A stretch of 64,000 bases of DNA from Vicinamibacterales bacterium (GCA_963782595.1 CAWAKJ010000002.1:1385564-1449563), one strand, 5' to 3'. Shown: positions 47,507 to 57,651, counted from the stretch's first letter. Numbers and translations are program-made. Notes: generated by a model not told the origin, from the sequence alone.

Positions 47507-48981
47507 AACAGACAACGTTCGATACCTTCGTCGAGCTCGCGCAACGAAGCACTTTCGTTCCGGTGGTGAAAGAGCTGGTTGCCGATCTCCTCACGCCGGT
47601 CTCGGCGTTTCTACGTATCGCCGAGCACTCCGACTACGCGTTCCTCCTCGAAAGCGTCGAGGGTGGCGAGCATGTCGGCCGCTATTCGTTCCTGGGCAAG
47701 GATCCGTTCGTGATGCTTCGCTCGCGCGACGGCAAAACCATCGTCGAAAAAGCCGGGGCGACCACCGAACGAGCCGAACCGTTCGTCGACGTCCTGCGGG
47801 CGATGATGGCCGACTTCAGCTCGCCGTTCGTCCCTGAACTGCCCAGATTCACCGGTGGCGCCGTCGGCTATCTTGGTTACGACACGGCCGCGTGGTTCGA
47901 GCCCATTACGCTCCAGAACGACGGTCAGCCGGATCCGGCCTTGCGGGACGAGGCGGGCTTCATGATCTTCGACACCGTGCTCGCGTTCGACCACGTGCAG
48001 CATCGCATCCTCATCATCGCGAACGCCCGAATTACACCGGACGACGATCTCGAGGCGCTGTATCAGTTCGCCTGTACCAAGATCGATTTTCTCGAACGCG
48101 AACTGCGGCGCGATCTGTCCCATCCGCTCCCGAAGCCGGGCCATGCCGTCGAGGTGACGTCAAACGTGTCGCGCGACCGTTTCATCGAGATGGTCAAGAC
48201 CGCGAAGGAATACATCGCCGCCGGCGACGTTTATCAGGTGGTGCTGTCGCAGCGGTTCGAATCGCAGATCACCGCCGACGCCTTCACGGTGTACCGCGCG
48301 CTCCGTCACGTCAATCCATCGCCTTACATGTACTTTCTCCGCATGGGGAAGGTATCGATCGTCGGGTCGTCACCCGAAATGCTCGTCCGCGTGGAAGGTG
48401 GCATGGCGCAGACGCATCCGATTGCGGGAACCCGCCCGCGCGGCAAGAGCGACGAAGAGGATACGCGCCTGGCCGAGGAACTGAAGCGCAACGAGAAGGA
48501 GCGATCGGAGCACGTGATGCTCGTCGATCTCGGGCGCAACGACCTAGGCCGTGTCTCGCAGTTCGGCACGGTGCGCGTCCCGCAGTTCATGGGGCTCGAA
48601 AAATATTCGCACGTGATGCATCTGGTATCGATCGTCGAGGGGAAACTCGCCGACGATCAGGATCGGCTCGATGCGCTGGTGGCCTGTTTTCCGGCGGGGA
48701 CCGTCTCGGGCGCCCCGAAGGTACGCGCGATGGAAATCATCGCGGAGCTCGAGCCCGATCGACGCGGCATCTATGCGGGCGCGGTGGGATACCTCGACTT
48801 CGCCGGCAATCTCGACTTCTGCATCACCATTCGGACGCTCGTGATTACCGGGCATCGTGCGATGGTGCAGGCAGGCGCAGGTATCGTCGCCGATTCCAAT
48901 CCGCAGGCGGAGTATCAGGAAACGCAGGACAAAGCGAAGGCGCTCATCAGGGCGCTCGAACTTGCGCAGGAGGGCCTGTGA
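47503..48981 (+). CDS. trpE: Anthranilate synthase component I
   Basis: LLESVEGG, NPSPYMY, EHVMLVDLGRND, PAGTVSGAPK. Confidence 0.95.
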   Translation: MKQTTFDTFVELAQRSTFVPVVKELVADLLTPVSAFLRIAEHSDYAFLLESVEGGEHVGRYSFLGKDPFVMLRSRDGKTIVEKAGATTERAEPFVDVLRAMMADFSSPFVPELPRFTGGAVGYLGYDTAAWFEPITLQNDGQPDPALRDEAGFMIFDTVLAFDHVQHRILIIANARITPDDDLEALYQFACTKIDFLERELRRDLSHPLPKPGHAVEVTSNVSRDRFIEMVKTAKEYIAAGDVYQVVLSQRFESQITADAFTVYRALRHVNPSPYMYFLRMGKVSIVGSSPEMLVRVEGGMAQTHPIAGTRPRGKSDEEDTRLAEELKRNEKERSEHVMLVDLGRNDLGRVSQFGTVRVPQFMGLEKYSHVMHLVSIVEGKLADDQDRLDALVACFPAGTVSGAPKVRAMEIIAELEPDRRGIYAGAVGYLDFAGNLDFCITIRTLVITGHRAMVQAGAGIVADSNPQAEYQETQDKAKALIRALELAQEGL

Positions 48982-49544
48982 TCCTCGTGATCGACAACTA
49001 CGACTCGTTTACCTACAACCTCGTTCAGTATCTCGGTGAGCTTGGCACGCAGCCGTTCGTGCGCCGGAACAACGAGATCACGCTCGACGAGATTGCGGCG
49101 CTCAATCCCGAACGCATCGTGATCTCGCCCGGGCCGGGGCGGCCGGAGCAGGCGGGCATCACGATCGACGTGATCAAGCGGTTCGGCCCGACGACGCCGC
49201 TGCTGGGCGTCTGCCTGGGACACCAGGCCATTGGCACGGCCTTCGGCGGGTCCGTTGTGCGCGCCAATGCACCGATGCACGGCAAGACGTCGAGCATCAG
49301 CCACGACGGCCTTGGCGTCTTCAAGGGCATCGCGAGCCCGCTCAGTGTGGCGCGCTATCACTCGTTGATCGTAGATCGCAACGGATGGCCAGACGAGCTC
49401 GAGGTGGCGGCTCAAGTGGACTCCGAAGGCACTGTGATGGCCCTGAGGCACCGGACGTTACCGATCCACGGCGTACAGTTTCACCCGGAGTCGATCATGA
49501 CCCGCGAGGGGCAGCATCTTCTTCGCAACTTTCTGAACCTATGA
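48978..49544 (+). CDS. trpG: Anthranilate synthase component II (glutamine amidotransferase)
   Basis: IDNYDSFTYNL, SPGPG, GVCLGHQ, QFHPES. Confidence 0.95.
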   Translation: MILVIDNYDSFTYNLVQYLGELGTQPFVRRNNEITLDEIAALNPERIVISPGPGRPEQAGITIDVIKRFGPTTPLLGVCLGHQAIGTAFGGSVVRANAPMHGKTSSISHDGLGVFKGIASPLSVARYHSLIVDRNGWPDELEVAAQVDSEGTVMALRHRTLPIHGVQFHPESIMTREGQHLLRNFLNL

Positions 49545-50566
49545 CGATCTCCGGGTTGCTCGAAAAATTGATGCGGCGAGAGAACCTCACCGCCGAGGAG
49601 TCGTCCGACGCGATGGACGCCATCATGAGCGGCAACGCCACGTCGGCGCAAATCGGCGCCTTGCTCGTAGGCCTGACGATGAAGGGAGAGCGGCCGGCAG
49701 AAATCGTCGGCCTCGCACGGACGATGCGCGCACATGCCGTGCCGTTGTCGAAACGGTTCGAGGATGTATTCGATACCTGCGGCACCGGCGGCGATCGCTC
49801 GGGGACGTTCAATATCTCGTCGGCGGCCGCGCTCGTGGTCGCCGCAGCCGGTTTGCGCGTGGCGAAGCACGGCAATCGATCCGTGTCGAGCCAATGCGGA
49901 AGCGCAGATGTCTATGAGGCGCTTGGGGTGAACGTGGCCGCAGAACCGGCCGTGGTGGAGCAGTCGCTCGACCAGATCGGGATTGCGTTCTTCTTTGCGC
50001 CGACGTTTCACCCATCGATGCGGCACGCGGCGCCAGTCCGGCGCGAGCTCGCGATACGAACCGCATTCAATCTGCTCGGCCCCTTGACCAATCCAGCCGG
50101 CACCAGATGTCAGCTCGTTGGCGTGCCACACTCGGAGCTCACCGAGCTCATTGCGAAAGCGTTGCTCCTGCTCGGATCCGAGCGCGCATGGGTCGTTCAT
50201 GGCGCCGACGGCATCGACGAGATGTCAACGACCGGTCATACGAAAGTGTCGGAATGTCGGAACGGCGCGATATCGACGTTCTATGTGCACCCGTCCGACT
50301 TTGGAATCCCGAAAGCGGACCGGAGTGCTCTGAAGGGCGCCGATGCGGCCACGAACGCGGCGATTGTCCACGAGATTCTGGCGGGCGAGAAGGGGCCACG
50401 TCGCGATGTCGTGCTGCTGAACGCCGGCGCATCGCTCTTCGTCGGCGGGCGCGCGGCGTCTGTTCGCGAGGGGATCGCGCGGGCCGCCGAGGCCATCGAT
50501 TCGGGAGCCGCCAGGCGCACGCTCGACGCGATGGTTGCAGCATCGAAAGCGGAGCCGGCTGTATGA
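49541..50566 (+). CDS. trpD: Anthranilate phosphoribosyltransferase
   Basis: DTCGTGGD, FNISS, KHGNRSVSS, FNLLGPLTNP. Confidence 0.96.
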   Translation: MTISGLLEKLMRRENLTAEESSDAMDAIMSGNATSAQIGALLVGLTMKGERPAEIVGLARTMRAHAVPLSKRFEDVFDTCGTGGDRSGTFNISSAAALVVAAAGLRVAKHGNRSVSSQCGSADVYEALGVNVAAEPAVVEQSLDQIGIAFFFAPTFHPSMRHAAPVRRELAIRTAFNLLGPLTNPAGTRCQLVGVPHSELTELIAKALLLLGSERAWVVHGADGIDEMSTTGHTKVSECRNGAISTFYVHPSDFGIPKADRSALKGADAATNAAIVHEILAGEKGPRRDVVLLNAGASLFVGGRAASVREGIARAAEAIDSGAARRTLDAMVAASKAEPAV

Positions 50567-51390
50567 CGTCGACGGTGCAGACGCCGGACGTTCTGGCCGC
50601 GATTATCGCCGCGACCCGGCACATGATTTCGGTCCGCTCGGCCGACACGCCGCTCGACGAAATGGAGCGCCGCGCGGCCGCCGCGCAGCCGCGCCCCGGC
50701 CTTTTCCGGCAGGCGCTGGCACGGGACGACCGCATTAACGTGATTGCCGAGTGCAAACGGAGGTCCCCCTCGCGAGGGGTATTGAAGGCGGAGTACGACC
50801 CGGCGACCATTGCCGAAGGGTACGAGCGAGCCGGGGCGGTGGCCATCTCTGTGTTGACCGAGCCGACGTTCTTCGACGGCTCGGTCGATCACCTCGTTGG
50901 CGTGCGTCGCGCGACGCGCCTGCCGATCCTGAGGAAAGACTTCATCGTCGATCGGTACCAAGTGCTGGAGGCAAGGGCGGCCGGCGCAGACGCGATTCTG
51001 TTGATTGTCGCCGGCCTTGATCCCGCCGCCCTGAAGAGCCTGCATCAGACGGCCACCGACGCTGGGCTGGACGTGCTGGTGGAGATTCACGATCTGCACG
51101 AGCTGCCGGTCGCGCTCGATGCGGGCGCGTCGATCATCGGCGTCAACAATCGCAATCTGAGTACGCTGACCGTGAATACGGAGGTCAGCGACGCCGCCGT
51201 GGAGTTGATTCCCGATGCAGTCGTGGCCGTTGCCGAAAGCGGGCTGAACACAGGCAGCGATCTGATGCGGCTGAAGTCTGCCGGGTACGACGCGTTTCTC
51301 ATGGGCGAGCGCTTGATGACAAGCGAGGATCCGGGCGCGGCCCTGGCCAGCCTGTTGAAAGGCAGCGGGGCGAGGGGCCCCCGCGACTAA
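50563..51390 (+). CDS. trpC: Indole-3-glycerol phosphate synthase
   Basis: IAECKRRSPS, ISVLTE, LRKDF, GVNNRNL, AESG. Confidence 0.96.
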   Translation: MTSTVQTPDVLAAIIAATRHMISVRSADTPLDEMERRAAAAQPRPGLFRQALARDDRINVIAECKRRSPSRGVLKAEYDPATIAEGYERAGAVAISVLTEPTFFDGSVDHLVGVRRATRLPILRKDFIVDRYQVLEARAAGADAILLIVAGLDPAALKSLHQTATDAGLDVLVEIHDLHELPVALDAGASIIGVNNRNLSTLTVNTEVSDAAVELIPDAVVAVAESGLNTGSDLMRLKSAGYDAFLMGERLMTSEDPGAALASLLKGSGARGPRD

Positions 51391-51392
51391 AT

Positions 51393-51998
51393 ATGTTCGT
51401 GAAGATCTGTGGCATCACGCGCTCCCAGGATGCGGACCTGGCTGTTGGGCTTGGCGCCAATGCGCTGGGATTTGTGTTCTGGCAGGGCAGTCCACGATAC
51501 CTGGATCCGGCGACGGCGAAAGCGATTGTTGCGAGCGTCCCCGCGTCCGTTTTAAAGGTCGGCGTGTTTGTGGACGAACCGGCCGAAGACGTCTTGCGAA
51601 TCATGGACGACGTCGGGCTCGACGTCGCGCAGCTGCATGGACACGAGAGCCCGGAATTCTGTCGCGCCTTGAACCGTCGGATTTTCAAAGCCGTGGGATT
51701 GGAAGAAGGCGGGACCGTGAACGTCGCCGGATTCGACCCTGACGTGGTGCTCCTGGTGGACGCGCACGATCCCGCGCGGCATGGGGGAACGGGCAGGACG
51801 GCGAACTGGGACTCCGCGCGCGACATCGCCGCCACGCGCCGCACGATTCTCGCCGGCGGCTTGAACGCGGCGAACGTGAAGCTGGCGATTCGCTCGGTGC
51901 GCCCGTTCGGCATCGATGTCTCGTCGGGCGTCGAGTCGTCGCCGGGCGTCAAGGATCCGAACCGGCTGAGGAGCTTCTTCGAGGCACTACATGACTGA
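51393..51998 (+). CDS. trpF: Phosphoribosylanthranilate isomerase
   Basis: VKICGIT, QLHGHE, GGTG, LAGGL, DVSSGVE. Confidence 0.96.
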   Translation: MFVKICGITRSQDADLAVGLGANALGFVFWQGSPRYLDPATAKAIVASVPASVLKVGVFVDEPAEDVLRIMDDVGLDVAQLHGHESPEFCRALNRRIFKAVGLEEGGTVNVAGFDPDVVLLVDAHDPARHGGTGRTANWDSARDIAATRRTILAGGLNAANVKLAIRSVRPFGIDVSSGVESSPGVKDPNRLRSFFEALHD

Positions 51999-53223
51999 CA
52001 CACGATTCGGCCACCGCGATCCGAACGCGCGCGGCTACTATGGCGACTACGGCGGAAAATTTGTTCCGGAGACCCTGGTCGCGCCGGTTGAAGAGCTCGA
52101 GCGGGCCTATCTCGACGCACGGCACGACAATGACTTTCTGCGCGAGTTCGATCGGCTGCTCGCGCACTATGTCGGCCGTCCCACCCCGGTGTACGAAGTC
52201 ACGCGGTTGAGGGCCGCGCTGCCGAAACCGGCGGCCCGCATGTTCCTGAAGCGCGAGGATCTGGCGCATACGGGCGCGCACAAGATCAACAACGCCCTGG
52301 GACAGGCTCTTCTCGCCAAACGGATGGGCAAGACCCGGGTAATTGCCGAGACCGGCGCCGGGCAGCACGGCGTGGCGACGGCCACCGTCTGCGCGCTCCT
52401 CGGTCTCGAGTGTCACGTCTATATGGGCACCGACGACATGGCGCGACAGGCACTGAATGTCGTGCGCATGCGGCTGCTTGGTGCGACTGTCCGAGGCGTG
52501 TCGGCGGGAAGCCGCACGCTGAAGGACGCGATTAACGAAGCGATGCGCGACTGGGTGACCAATGTCACCGACAGCTACTATCTGCTCGGGTCGGTGCTGG
52601 GTCCGCATCCGTATCCCCTCATGGTTCGCGAATTTCAATCGGTCATCGGACGAGAAGCCCGCGAACAATTTCAGCAGATGAACGGCCGGCTGCCAGACGT
52701 CGTCGTCGCGTGCGTCGGTGGCGGCAGCAACGCGCTCGGTATTTTCGACGCTTTCATCGCCGACACATCCGTTCGCCTCATCGGTGTCGAGGCAGGTGGG
52801 GAAGCGCTCTCGGCCGGCCGTCATGCGGCGCGATTTGCAACCGGGCTCGCCGGCGTCCTCCAGGGCACGCGCACTTACGTGCTGCAGGATGCGAACGGCA
52901 ACATCGAGCTCACGCATTCGATTTCGGCGGGCCTCGACTACGCCGCCGTCGGTCCCGAACACGCGTGGCTCCGCGACATGGGCCGCGCGGAATACTCGTG
53001 GGTTGGCGACGGTGAGGCGCTCGACTCGTTTCAACTGCTGGCGCGCACGGAGGGCATCATTCCAGCGCTCGAGTCGGCGCATGGCGTGGCGTACGCATGC
53101 CGGCTGGCCCAGGAGCTTGGACCTTCGGCGCACGTGCTCGTGAATCTGTCGGGCCGGGGCGACAAGGATGTCGACAGCGTTGCACGGCTCCTCGACGAGA
53201 AAGGGGCTCGTGGCGCCGTCTAG
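51991..53223 (+). CDS. trpB: Tryptophan synthase beta chain
   Basis: [39 protein letters not shown]. Confidence 0.97.
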   Translation: MTDTRFGHRDPNARGYYGDYGGKFVPETLVAPVEELERAYLDARHDNDFLREFDRLLAHYVGRPTPVYEVTRLRAALPKPAARMFLKREDLAHTGAHKINNALGQALLAKRMGKTRVIAETGAGQHGVATATVCALLGLECHVYMGTDDMARQALNVVRMRLLGATVRGVSAGSRTLKDAINEAMRDWVTNVTDSYYLLGSVLGPHPYPLMVREFQSVIGREAREQFQQMNGRLPDVVVACVGGGSNALGIFDAFIADTSVRLIGVEAGGEALSAGRHAARFATGLAGVLQGTRTYVLQDANGNIELTHSISAGLDYAAVGPEHAWLRDMGRAEYSWVGDGEALDSFQLLARTEGIIPALESAHGVAYACRLAQELGPSAHVLVNLSGRGDKDVDSVARLLDEKGARGAV

Positions 53224-54019
53224 GATCTCGGACGCGTTCAGCCGTATCCGGGCGGAGAACCGCACGGGACTCGTGACGTATGTCACCGCAGGTGATCCCG
53301 ACCTGGATCGTTCGGCCGACATTCTGCGCGCGCTCGATCGCGCCGGCGCCGACGTGCTGGAGGTCGGTATCCCGTTTTCGGAGCCGCTGGCCGACGGCCC
53401 GGTCATTCAGCGCGCGACGGAGCGGGCTCTTGCGGCGGGCACGACCGCGTCGGGCGTGCTCGATCTCGTTGGACGCGTGCGTCCGGGGATAAGGGCGCCG
53501 ATTGTGCTGTTTACCTACGCGAATCCTGTGCTCAGGATGGGCGTCGATGCCTTCGGCGATCGGGCGCGCGCCGCCGGCGTGGACGGTATCCTCGTGCTGG
53601 ACTTGCCGATCGAAGAGGCCGGTGGATTCCGCGACGCTATGGCCGCGCGCGGCATCGACATGATCTTTCTGCTGAGTCCTACCACCACGGATCTTCGTAT
53701 GAACGAAGCGGCAAGGCTGGGGCGGGGCTTTCTCTACGGCATTTCGCGGCTCGGCGTAACCGGGACACGCGACACGGTGGCAGACGGCGCCGAGGCGCTG
53801 GCGGGCCGCATGCGAGGGGCCACCTCGCTGCCGATCGCGTTGGGCTTCGGCATCTCATCGCCCGAACACGTCCGCCAGATTGGACGATTTGCCGATGCGG
53901 CGGTCGTCGGCAGCGGGTTGGTGGGCGTGATCGCGGAAGCGGGAAAAAGCCCCGATCTGGTTGAAAGGGTAGAATCTTACGTTCGCTGGCTTAAGGACGA
54001 GACCCGGCGAGAACATTGA
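53210..54019 (+). CDS. trpA: Tryptophan synthase alpha chain
   Basis: [35 protein letters not shown]. Confidence 0.96.
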   Translation: MAPSRISDAFSRIRAENRTGLVTYVTAGDPDLDRSADILRALDRAGADVLEVGIPFSEPLADGPVIQRATERALAAGTTASGVLDLVGRVRPGIRAPIVLFTYANPVLRMGVDAFGDRARAAGVDGILVLDLPIEEAGGFRDAMAARGIDMIFLLSPTTTDLRMNEAARLGRGFLYGISRLGVTGTRDTVADGAEALAGRMRGATSLPIALGFGISSPEHVRQIGRFADAAVVGSGLVGVIAEAGKSPDLVERVESYVRWLKDETRREH

Positions 54020-54354
54020 TGACCATTGACGAGCTCAGACAGCAGATCGATCGGCTCGACGAACGGCTTGTCGAGCTGCTCAGCGAGCGCGCGCACTGCG
54101 CGCTCGAGATAGGCAAGTTGAAGCAATCGCTCGGACTCGAGGTGTACCAGCCCGACCGCGAGGCGGCGGTGCTGCAGCACGTGCGCACCCACGGCAAGCA
54201 TACAGGCAGCCCGCTCGAGGGGGACGCCATCGTGCGGGTCTTCGAACGGATCATCGACGAGGCGCGGCGCATCGAGCGCGCCACGGCTCATAAGACGGCC
54301 CGCCTTCGCGGAGACGCTACGGCGGGGCAAGCCGAAAAAATGGAGGATCGATAG
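54016..54354 (+). CDS. Chorismate mutase (AroQ/type II) with repeat-derived tail
   Basis: LRQQIDRLD..LVELLSERA, IGKLK, YQPDRE. Confidence 0.92.
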   Translation: MMTIDELRQQIDRLDERLVELLSERAHCALEIGKLKQSLGLEVYQPDREAAVLQHVRTHGKHTGSPLEGDAIVRVFERIIDEARRIERATAHKTARLRGDATAGQAEKMEDR

Positions 54355-54356
54355 CC

Positions 54357-55403
54357 ATGGTAGTGGTGATGGAAGAGCGGGCAACCGAGGCGCAGATTGA
54401 AAAAGTGGTCGCGACTCTGGTTGACGCAGGCATGGATGTGCACCGATCGACGGGCGTCAACCGCACGGTCCTCGGTGTCGTAGGAGCGCATCGAGTGGAT
54501 TCCGCATTGATCTCAGTGATGGACGGCGTGCACGAAGTGCTTCGCATCACCGAGCCCTACAAGCTGGCGAGCCGCACCTTCAAGCCAGAAGGCACGGTCA
54601 TCGTCATCGACGATGTGCGGATAGGCGGCGATGAGGTCATCGTGATGGCCGGTCCCTGCTCGGCAGAGAACGAAGAGCAGGTGTTCACCACGGCAGCAGC
54701 GGTGAAGAAGGCGGGCGCGAAGATCTTCCGCGGCGGCGCGTTCAAGCCGCGCAGCTCGCCGTACAGCTTCCAGGGCCTGGGCGAAGACGGCCTGCGGATG
54801 CTGCGCGCGGCCGCTGACCAGCACAACATGAAGCTGGTATCGGAGGTCATGGACGTCAGCCAGATCGAAGTGGTCGGCAAGTACTCGGACATCTATCAGG
54901 TTGGCGCGCGCAACATGCAGAACTTCACCCTGCTGCGCGAGCTCGGCCGGATGCGTAAACCCGTGCTGCTGAAGCGCGGTATCGCGGCGACCATCGAAGA
55001 ATGGCTCCTCTCGGCAGAATACATCCTCGCCGGCGGCAACAACGACGTCATTCTCTGCGAGCGCGGCATCCGCACGTTCGAAAGCTACACGCGGAATACG
55101 CTCGACATCTCCGCGATCCCGGTCATCAAGAAGTTGAGTCATCTGCCGATCATCACGGACCCGAGTCATGCCACCGGCAAACGCAACAAGGTTGCGCCGA
55201 TGGCGCGCGCATCGGTGGCCGCGGGCGCCGACGGCATCATCGTCGAAGTGCACTGCAATCCGGACAAGGCGCTCAGCGACGGCGCGCAATCGATGTTCCC
55301 CGCGCAGTTCGACCGTGTGATGGCCGAGCTGCGCATCATCGCGCCGGCAATCGGCCGCAGCATCTGCGTAGAGCCGGTGGTGAAGCGCGGTTGGGGACGC
55401 TAA
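54357..55403 (+). CDS. aroF: DAHP synthase type I-beta with N-terminal regulatory domain
   Basis: AGPCSAE, GGAFKPRSSPYSFQG, GARNMQNF, LCERGIRTF, DPSH. Confidence 0.95.
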   Translation: MVVVMEERATEAQIEKVVATLVDAGMDVHRSTGVNRTVLGVVGAHRVDSALISVMDGVHEVLRITEPYKLASRTFKPEGTVIVIDDVRIGGDEVIVMAGPCSAENEEQVFTTAAAVKKAGAKIFRGGAFKPRSSPYSFQGLGEDGLRMLRAAADQHNMKLVSEVMDVSQIEVVGKYSDIYQVGARNMQNFTLLRELGRMRKPVLLKRGIAATIEEWLLSAEYILAGGNNDVILCERGIRTFESYTRNTLDISAIPVIKKLSHLPIITDPSHATGKRNKVAPMARASVAAGADGIIVEVHCNPDKALSDGAQSMFPAQFDRVMAELRIIAPAIGRSICVEPVVKRGWGR

Positions 55404-55411
55404 AACTTCCA

Positions 55412-55442
55412 GGGATTAGGGACTGGGGATTAGGGATTAGGA
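55412..55442 (+). repeat. GGGATTA heptamer tandem array (five G-tracts)
   Basis: GGGATTAGGGACTGGGGATTAGGGATTAGGG. Confidence 0.85.
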
Positions 55443-55463
55443 CCCGGAAGGGAACCGTGATCG

Positions 55464-56369
55464 GTGTCTGAAGGAAAGCAGTTGCCGGTGCTGCAACCCG
55501 GACGCAGCCCGGGACAGCCGCCGATCTTTCAGCGTGTGGGCATCGTCGGCCTGGGCCTCATCGGAGGATCGATTGCGCTCGCCGCGCGCCAGATCTGGCC
55601 GGACGGGCTCGTCATTGGCGTCGATCGGAAAGACGTGCTCGAGCGCGCCATGGTGCTCCACGCCATCGACGTCGCCGCGGACGACCCGGTCGTCCTCGCC
55701 GAGGCGGATCTCGTGATTCTCGCCGCGCCGATTCAGCAGAATCTCAACCTTCTGCGGGAGCTGCCCGAGAACGTTCCCGGCTCGGCTGTCATCACCGACA
55801 CCGGAAGCACCAAGCGCGAGATGGTGGAGGCGGCCAAATCGCTCCCGGAGCGATTTACGTTCATCGGCGGCCATCCGCTGGGTGGCGCGGCGCGCAGCGG
55901 TATCGAACACGCGCGGCCGGACATGTTTACGGGGCGCCCATGGCTGTTTACCCCGACCAGGGGACACGACATGCAGGCGCTCGACAAGCTCCAATCGTTT
56001 GCCGCCGGACTTGGCGCGGTTCCTCGAAGTCTTTCCCCGGAAGATCACGATCACCTGCTCGCGTTCATCAGCCACCTTCCACAACTCACAGTCAGTGCGT
56101 TGATGCACGTGGTCGGACAAGCCGTCGGCCGGGACGATCTCAGCCTCAGCGGCCGAGGGTTACAGGACACCACGCGCCTGGCCTCGAGCCCGGCGGATAT
56201 ATGGAAGGAAGTCTGCGCGACGAACGCCGATGAAATCGGGTCTGCGCTCGACGCCCTGATTGCAGTGCTGCAGCAATTGCGGGCCGATCTCGAGACGGGG
56301 AAGTCGATCGACGAAGTGTTTGACTCGGCGAACCTGTGGCGGGAAAGACTTCTCTCCAACAAATCGTGA
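55464..56369 (+). CDS. tyrA: Prephenate/arogenate dehydrogenase
   Basis: GLGLIGGS, TDTGSTK, GGHPLGG, HD..LAFISHLP, DTTRLASS. Confidence 0.93.
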   Translation: MSEGKQLPVLQPGRSPGQPPIFQRVGIVGLGLIGGSIALAARQIWPDGLVIGVDRKDVLERAMVLHAIDVAADDPVVLAEADLVILAAPIQQNLNLLRELPENVPGSAVITDTGSTKREMVEAAKSLPERFTFIGGHPLGGAARSGIEHARPDMFTGRPWLFTPTRGHDMQALDKLQSFAAGLGAVPRSLSPEDHDHLLAFISHLPQLTVSALMHVVGQAVGRDDLSLSGRGLQDTTRLASSPADIWKEVCATNADEIGSALDALIAVLQQLRADLETGKSIDEVFDSANLWRERLLSNKS

Positions 56370-56503
56370 TTTGCTGTCTCGACGCAGAGGCGCAAAGCCG
56401 CAGAGCTCTTTTCCACCCGGACCACGATGGCGCGCGTGTCACGGCTGGCGCTCTCCTACCGGCGGCATTCGAGTCCCTCTTCGCCTGCCTTCTACACAGA
56501 GTG

Positions 56504-56658
56504 CTCGGAGCTGTGCATCGACGTCGCGCAAGTGGCGCGCGAGGAGAAGACCAACAGTCGAATATCAAGAGCCCGGATCATGCAGCTCTTGTATTCGGCT
56601 GTTGGTCTTCTCCTCGCGTGGGCCGCGTCCGCGGCCCACGACGTCGATGCCTCCGACG
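56504..56658. repeat. Nested inverted-repeat element (34-bp stem plus flanking stems)
   Basis: 56538-56572 pairs with 56585-56618; 56515-56526 with 56639-56650; internal GTGGGCCGCG/CGCGGCCCAC hairpin. Confidence 0.75.
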
Positions 56659-56748
56659 GGAGAACGCTGCGCACCTACGGAGGCTGTCACGCTGCTGGTG
56701 TTCATCGCGTCTTCGTGTCTTCGTGTCCTTCGTGTTATAGCTTTCGTG

Positions 56749-57147
56749 GTGAGCATCAACATTCCAGCGGCTGTCGTGAGCGACATGTTGGCGCATGCGC
56801 GTACGGAGGCGCCCCGCGAGTGCTGCGGATTGCTGGTCGGGGCGGCCGGCTCGGTGGTGCGCAGCGTGCGCACGAGGAACCTCGACCCGAGCGCGGCGAG
56901 ATATCTCATCGATCCTGAAGATCACTTCAACACCGTGCGCGCAGCGCGCGCCGACGGACTCGAGATCATCGGTGCGTACCACTCGCACGTGGCAACCGCG
57001 CCTGTTCCATCACAGACAGACATCGCAGAGGCGACCAGCGGCCCGGATTTTTTCTACGTGATTGTGTCGCTCGAGAACGCGGAGGCACGCGCGTATCGAA
57101 TCGACGCGGGCGTGTACGAGCGTGTCGCGCTGAGCGTTCGGGCCTAG
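56749..57147 (+). CDS. JAB/MPN (M67) metallopeptidase, Mec/CysO-cysteine peptidase-like
   Basis: PRECCGLL, GAYHSH....PSQTD JAMM motif; start uncertain. Confidence 0.9.
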   Translation: MSINIPAAVVSDMLAHARTEAPRECCGLLVGAAGSVVRSVRTRNLDPSAARYLIDPEDHFNTVRAARADGLEIIGAYHSHVATAPVPSQTDIAEATSGPDFFYVIVSLENAEARAYRIDAGVYERVALSVRA

Positions 57148-57150
57148 TAC

Positions 57151-57202
57151 GTAGCGTCCGGCTTTAGCCGGACCGACACGTCCGGCTGAAGCCGGACACT
57201 AC
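57151..57202. repeat. GTAG-type REP doublet
   Basis: GTAGCGTCCGGCTTTAGCCGGAC...GTCCGGCTGAAGCCGGACACTAC. Confidence 0.8.
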
Positions 57203-57213
57203 TTCTTGAAACT

Positions 57214-57651
57214 CTAGAATCCCCCGCCGAGCAGCCTGACGAGGGTCGTTTGCGAGGTCAGCACCCGGTCGCGGTGCTTGAGGCGAAACACGATGCGAAA
57301 GGCGCCGGCGCGCTTGTACGTGTGAGATTGCGTATACCGGCGGCGTATCTGTGAGACACCGGCCTCGTACGGGTCACAGTCGATCGAGGCCTCCGATACC
57401 GTGCCGTCGCCCCAGTTCCACTCGATGGTCGGGCAGTAATAGTCATGGAAATCGTCGTCTCCGCCTTTGAACTCTGCCGTGGCGGAAATACGCACGGGAA
57501 CCATGCCTGTGCCGGGAGTGGCTTTGAGTGAGAGCGAGGGCCGCTTTGGTTCCTTCTTCTGCTCCTCTTTCTCCGATTGCGCGGCAGGCGTACTCGAAGT
57601 GACCACGAATGCAGCAGTGCAAATCGACGACGCCAGGAGGAGGCGCATCAT
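57214..57651 (-). CDS. Secreted PKD-domain protein
   Basis: Signal peptide; WNWGDG, HTYKRAGAF. Confidence 0.75.
   Translation of the reverse strand: MMRLLLASSICTAAFVVTSSTPAAQSEKEEQKKEPKRPSLSLKATPGTGMVPVRISATAEFKGGDDDFHDYYCPTIEWNWGDGTVSEASIDCDPYEAGVSQIRRRYTQSHTYKRAGAFRIVFRLKHRDRVLTSQTTLVRLLGGGF

Noticed and set aside
56455-56495. tRNA fragment (TTCGAGTCCC) as an att site
   Set aside because: No proper T-stem or acceptor stem, and no match to the two tRNAs in the window
56749-57147. JAB protein as part of CBASS or a ubiquitin-like defence system
   Set aside because: No cyclase, E1/E2 or ubiquitin-like neighbour; it fits the housekeeping Mec-type peptidase
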